Shown here: positions 47,964 to 52,061 of the stretch, one piece after another | Position numbering within the stretch: the stretch's first letter is position 1 | Layout of the letters: every line of letters begins with the position of its first letter | From: Mucinivorans sp. | GTDB taxonomy: Bacteria > Bacteroidota > Bacteroidia > Bacteroidales > Rikenellaceae | Direction: 5' to 3' | NCBI GenBank assembly: GCA_036648455.1 | Contig: JAVXIH010000001.1 | Span: forward strand, 1-52,061 | Length of the DNA: 52,061 nt | Program-made: the position numbers and the translations under genes | The notes under the pieces: model-generated | Told to the model about the DNA's origin: nothing | What the model saw: only the letters and a program-made list of their open reading frames with translations | The model's database searches: none

Positions 47964-50906
47964 ATGGAAAAATCGATGCCTACTCTGAATTTAGAGCAAT
48001 TAATGACTCGACGTATCACACACATACTGCTCGTGTGCAGTTCGTACGATCAATTTACGCTCGAAGAAGATGGGCGTATCGAGGCACAGATCCAGAGCGA
48101 GTATGCCGAGTTGTCGCTCAGCAATCCGCCGCAATTTACACGCGTAGACGATGCCCAAACGGTGATCGATATGTTAGGCAATGGGGTGCAGATCGATCTG
48201 ATCATCTCGATGTTCAATATCGGGGGGATGTCGCCCTTTGAGCTGTCGAAAAAAGTTCGGCGCGATTTTCCCGAAATTCCTTTTGTCCTTCTTACTTCGT
48301 TTTCGCACGAAGTTTCGCGCCGTTTGGAGAGCGAGGACACCTCGGCCATCGATTATGTCTTCGGTTGGCAGGGTAATGCCGAACTGTTGCTGGCAATCAT
48401 CAAAATGTTGGAAGACGCGATGAACGCCGAGGAAGATATGCTCACCCACGGGGTGCAAGGTATTATGCTGGTGGAAGATAGCATACGCTTTTACTCTGCC
48501 TATTTGCCCGACCTGTATAAAATTGTGCTGACTCAAACCAACGCCACGGTGCTCGAAGCGCTCAACAGCGCCCAACGCACGTTGCGTAAACGTGCTCGAC
48601 CCAAGGTGCTTTTTGCTCGCACCGAGACCCAGGCGCTCGAAATTTATCATAAATATGGGCGGCGGCTGTTGGGCGTGATTTCGGATGTCTCGTTCAGCAA
48701 AGAACAAGGCGAGGGGGTCAGTGCGCTGGCGGGAGTCGATCTGTGCACTATGATCCGCAGCCAAGACGAGCGCATTCCGTTGCTGCTCCAATCGTCAGAT
48801 CCGGCGATGGCTCAGAAGGCGTGCGAAATCGGCGCTGACTTTATCGACAAAAACTCAAAAACACTCTTCACCCAGATCGAACACTTTATTCGCAAGCGCC
48901 TGGCTTTTGGCGATTTCCAATTTGTGAACCACATAACGGGCGAAGTGGTGGCGGTGGCCAGCGATCTGAGTTCGTTGCAAAATGCGATCGAAACAATGCC
49001 CGTGGAGACGCTGCTGCACTATTCGCGTGAAAATATTTTTTCTAAATGGCTCTATTCTCGTGGTTTGTTCGCCATTGCTAACGAAATCAGAGGTGTTTTT
49101 GTCGAGAATTTCGATGGTGATCCATCTCTGCTACGGCGTTTCTTGGCGGGTGTTGTCAAGGACTATCGCCGCACGATGGGTCAAGGGGTGATCGCCGAAT
49201 TTGACCCACGCACCTACAATCAATATATCACTTTTGCCCGTAGCGGCAACGGTTCGCTGGGCGGCAAGGCGCGTGGACTGGCCTTTATCGGCAATATGTT
49301 GGAGCAATATCACCTCTACGATGCTTGGGACGGGGTGCGGATCACCATCCCGCGCACGCTGGCTCTGACCACCGAACATTTCGAGCGTTTTATAGCCGAC
49401 AATGGGCTGCAATATGTGGCAACCGAACCGATGGAGGATAGCGAAATTCTGAGTGAATTTGTCGGTTCACGTTTGGGCGACAAATTGCTCGACGAGTTGC
49501 GTGTTTTTCTGCGCAATGTCACCAGACCCTTGGCTGTGCGTAGTTCGTCTAAGCTGGAAGATTCTCATTATCAGCCTTTTGCTGGTATTTATTCGACCTA
49601 TATGGTTCCTCGTTGCGAGAATGCCGATCGCGAATTACGGCTCTTGTCGCGTGCCATTAAATCTGTCTATGCGTCGGTCTTTTTCGCCTCATCCAGGTCG
49701 TATATCGAAGCCACGAGCAACGTGTTGAGCGAAGAACGGATGGGGGTGGTGATCCAAGAAATGTGTGGATCCGAGCAAGATGGATTGTATCTGCCAACCA
49801 TATCGGGCGTGGCTAGATCGCTCAATTTCTACCCAATCGGCGACGAAACGCCCGAAGAGGGGATCTGTAACATCGCCTTTGGGCTCGGTAAAACGGTGGT
49901 CGAGGGGGGTGCTACTCTGCGTTTTTCGCCTGCCCATCCGCATCACGCCCTCCAATTGAGTTCGATGGAGCTCACTCTGCGCGACACACAACGTTATTTC
50001 TACGCTTTGAATCTCGATCCATCTCAGTCCAAAACATCGACCGACGACGCGGTGAACCTCTCGAAGCTCGAAGTCAACAAGGCAACTCATCTTCGTAATT
50101 TGCGTTATGCTGCCTCGACTTGGGATGCTCAGAATCAACGAATTTCCGATTCGCCGATGGAAAAAGGGCGCAAACTGATCACCTTTGCCTCGGTTTTGAA
50201 GTACGACACTTTCCCGCTGGCGGCCATCATCAAACGATTGCTCGACATCGGTTCCCAGGAGCTCAAATCGCCTGTCGAGATCGAGTTTGCGGTCAGTATG
50301 GATGTCAAAGCAGGTGAACCACAAGTGTTTAACTTCTTGCAGATTCGCCCAATTGTTCAGGCTTCGCGCGGGGCATCGCTCGATTGGAATACGGTGGATC
50401 GAAGCGAGGCCATTCTCTATGCTGATCACGCGCTGGGTACGGGAGCGATCGAAGATGTGCGCGACATTGTGTATGTGCCTGCCACTGAGTTCGATGCGTC
50501 TCACAGCGAGGCGATGGCACGCGAAATTGACCTGATCAACCAAAGTTTCAAGGATCGCGGTCAGGGTTATGTGCTCGTGGGGCCGGGTCGTTGGGGGTCG
50601 AGTGATCCGTGGTTGGGAGTGCCTGTGAAATGGGGGCAAATATCAGAGAGTAAGGTGATTGCAGAGTGTGGGCTCGAAAATTTCAGGGTTGATCCTTCGC
50701 AAGGCACACACTTTTTCCAGAATCTGACTTCGTTTGGGGTTGGTTATTTGACGTTAAATCCTTTCCAGGGAGATGGGGCTTTTGATGTTTCGCGTCTTGA
50801 TTCGATGGAGGCAAGTTTTGAAAGTGATAATTTCCGTGTAGTACATTTTGAGGATCCGCTCTACATTTTTGTCGATGGCAAGAATAATAAGGCGATGATC
50901 AGGTAG
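47964..50906 (+). CDS. Receiver-like domains fused to a PEP/pyruvate-binding (PPDK_N, ATP-grasp) domain; probable ATG at 47964
   Basis: MLVEDS and VISDV receiver-like motifs; GSLGGKARGL, LAVRSSSKLED, FAGIYST, EIEFA, LQIRP. Confidence 0.85.
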   Translation: MEKSMPTLNLEQLMTRRITHILLVCSSYDQFTLEEDGRIEAQIQSEYAELSLSNPPQFTRVDDAQTVIDMLGNGVQIDLIISMFNIGGMSPFELSKKVRRDFPEIPFVLLTSFSHEVSRRLESEDTSAIDYVFGWQGNAELLLAIIKMLEDAMNAEEDMLTHGVQGIMLVEDSIRFYSAYLPDLYKIVLTQTNATVLEALNSAQRTLRKRARPKVLFARTETQALEIYHKYGRRLLGVISDVSFSKEQGEGVSALAGVDLCTMIRSQDERIPLLLQSSDPAMAQKACEIGADFIDKNSKTLFTQIEHFIRKRLAFGDFQFVNHITGEVVAVASDLSSLQNAIETMPVETLLHYSRENIFSKWLYSRGLFAIANEIRGVFVENFDGDPSLLRRFLAGVVKDYRRTMGQGVIAEFDPRTYNQYITFARSGNGSLGGKARGLAFIGNMLEQYHLYDAWDGVRITIPRTLALTTEHFERFIADNGLQYVATEPMEDSEILSEFVGSRLGDKLLDELRVFLRNVTRPLAVRSSSKLEDSHYQPFAGIYSTYMVPRCENADRELRLLSRAIKSVYASVFFASSRSYIEATSNVLSEERMGVVIQEMCGSEQDGLYLPTISGVARSLNFYPIGDETPEEGICNIAFGLGKTVVEGGATLRFSPAHPHHALQLSSMELTLRDTQRYFYALNLDPSQSKTSTDDAVNLSKLEVNKATHLRNLRYAASTWDAQNQRISDSPMEKGRKLITFASVLKYDTFPLAAIIKRLLDIGSQELKSPVEIEFAVSMDVKAGEPQVFNFLQIRPIVQASRGASLDWNTVDRSEAILYADHALGTGAIEDVRDIVYVPATEFDASHSEAMAREIDLINQSFKDRGQGYVLVGPGRWGSSDPWLGVPVKWGQISESKVIAECGLENFRVDPSQGTHFFQNLTSFGVGYLTLNPFQGDGAFDVSRLDSMEASFESDNFRVVHFEDPLYIFVDGKNNKAMIR

Positions 50907-50929
50907 CCTTACAGCGCCTTTCAAAGGCG

Positions 50930-51964
50930 CTATATGTGGGCGGTCGCCGCGTGCGAAACCGCCTTGGCAACGTCGGCGGCAAAGGCGCGAACATCAGCCT
51001 CCGTAGTGTCGAAACTACACATCCAACGAACCTCACCACTCGAAACGTCCCAATCATAAAACACCCACTTGCCGAGAAGCTCCTCGCGTGCGGCTGAGGG
51101 CAAAATCGCAAAGACAGCGTTCGATTCCACCACCTGAGTCACCTGGACGTAATCCTTGACCAACGAATATAATAAACCAGCCATCGCGTTCGAATGGCGT
51201 GCCATAGCTAACCACAAATCGTCCGCCAAATAACGCTCAAATTGAGCCCCGACATATCGCATCTTGGAACTGAGTTGCGAGGCTTGTTTACGTTCATATT
51301 TCAGATTGGTACCCAATGAGGGGTTCAAAACCACCACCGCCTCGCCCATCATCATCCCGTTTTTTGTCCCGCCAAAGGACATTACATCCACCGAGCGAAC
51401 CATTTGCGCGGCTGTCAATCCGCTCGACACCACAGCGTTAGCAATCCGTGCGCCATCCAGATGAAGGTACATTCCGTTTTTATGTGCCATCGCGCTCAGT
51501 GCTGCGATTTCGGCCTCGGTGTAGCACGTGCCAAGTTCGGTGGATTGCGCGATCGAAAAACAAGATGGCTGCGAATGGTGTTCAAAGTCGAACCCTTCGA
51601 GCTTCTTGGCCGCGTTTTCGGGTGTCAATTTCCCGTCCACGTTGGGCACAGCTACCACCTTGCAACCGATCATTCGCTCGGGTGCACCGCACTCATCGAC
51701 ATTGATATGCGCCGTGTCGGCACAAATGATCGAACCATAACGAGGAGTTGCCGCTTGTAGAGCTAGAATATTAGAACCGGTGCCGTTGAAAGTGAAAAAA
51801 ACTTTGGCATCGGCCACCCCGAGCACCTCGCGGATTCTGGCCACCGCGCCTTCAGTATATTCATCGCCTCCGTAGGCTATTTGGTGAGCGGAATTGGCGG
51901 CAATAATTGCCTCCATAATCGAAGGGTGAACCCCTGAATGGTTGTCGGATGCAAAACTGATCAT
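50930..51964 (-). CDS. ltaE: Low-specificity L-threonine aldolase family; probable ATG at 51964
   Basis: FASDN, NGTGSN, HINVDE, HLDGAR, FGGTKNG. Confidence 0.88.
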   Translation of the reverse strand: MISFASDNHSGVHPSIMEAIIAANSAHQIAYGGDEYTEGAVARIREVLGVADAKVFFTFNGTGSNILALQAATPRYGSIICADTAHINVDECGAPERMIGCKVVAVPNVDGKLTPENAAKKLEGFDFEHHSQPSCFSIAQSTELGTCYTEAEIAALSAMAHKNGMYLHLDGARIANAVVSSGLTAAQMVRSVDVMSFGGTKNGMMMGEAVVVLNPSLGTNLKYERKQASQLSSKMRYVGAQFERYLADDLWLAMARHSNAMAGLLYSLVKDYVQVTQVVESNAVFAILPSAAREELLGKWVFYDWDVSSGEVRWMCSFDTTEADVRAFAADVAKAVSHAATAHI

Positions 51965-52023
51965 ACGGTCTAGATTAAGTAATAGATAAAAATTATTGAC
52001 ACATTTTAGATGGTCTTTTTTGC

Positions 52024-52061
52024 GGGGGCTTCTAAAAATTGAATTTTTCAAGGCGGGCAAG
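52024..52061 (+). mobile_element. Family A MITE-like repeat, 5' end (cut by window edge)
   Basis: GGGGGCTTCTAAAAATTGAATTTTTCAAGGCG matches 12852 onward. Confidence 0.75.

Noticed and set aside
1-52061. tRNA, rRNA, integrase, transposase, prophage or defence genes
   Set aside because: None recognisable in the ORF track or intergenic sequence

Overview
Bacteroidota chromosomal segment, most likely Rikenellaceae-like (inferred from gene content and TAnnTTTG promoters). Housekeeping flanks are thrA, argB, hemW, cinA, pyrD, aconitase, hisG-hisD-hisC/hisB on the left and glyS, nadC, manA, EF-G2, malic enzyme, a REC/PPDK_N protein and ltaE on the right. They surround a visibly AT-richer, co-oriented 22-gene, ~23 kb biosynthetic cluster (13226-36091) of the flexirubin/aryl-polyene type II PKS kind. 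It encodes an ammonia-lyase and aryl-CoA ligase, three ketosynthases plus chain-length-factor domains, two ACPs, a reductase, dehydratases and a thioesterase. It also carries glycolipid assembly/export genes and a B12-binding radical SAM enzyme, but no dialkylresorcinol (darAB) genes in the window. Other notable items are a HisC-IGPD fusion, a secreted Cys/Lys-rich repeat protein, an orphan Cys-less NuoB/HycG-like protein, a PTA-less malic enzyme, and two families of short palindromic MITE-like repeats that share a covarying hairpin core, with one nested insertion. All assignments come from motif reading by eye; no database searches were run.
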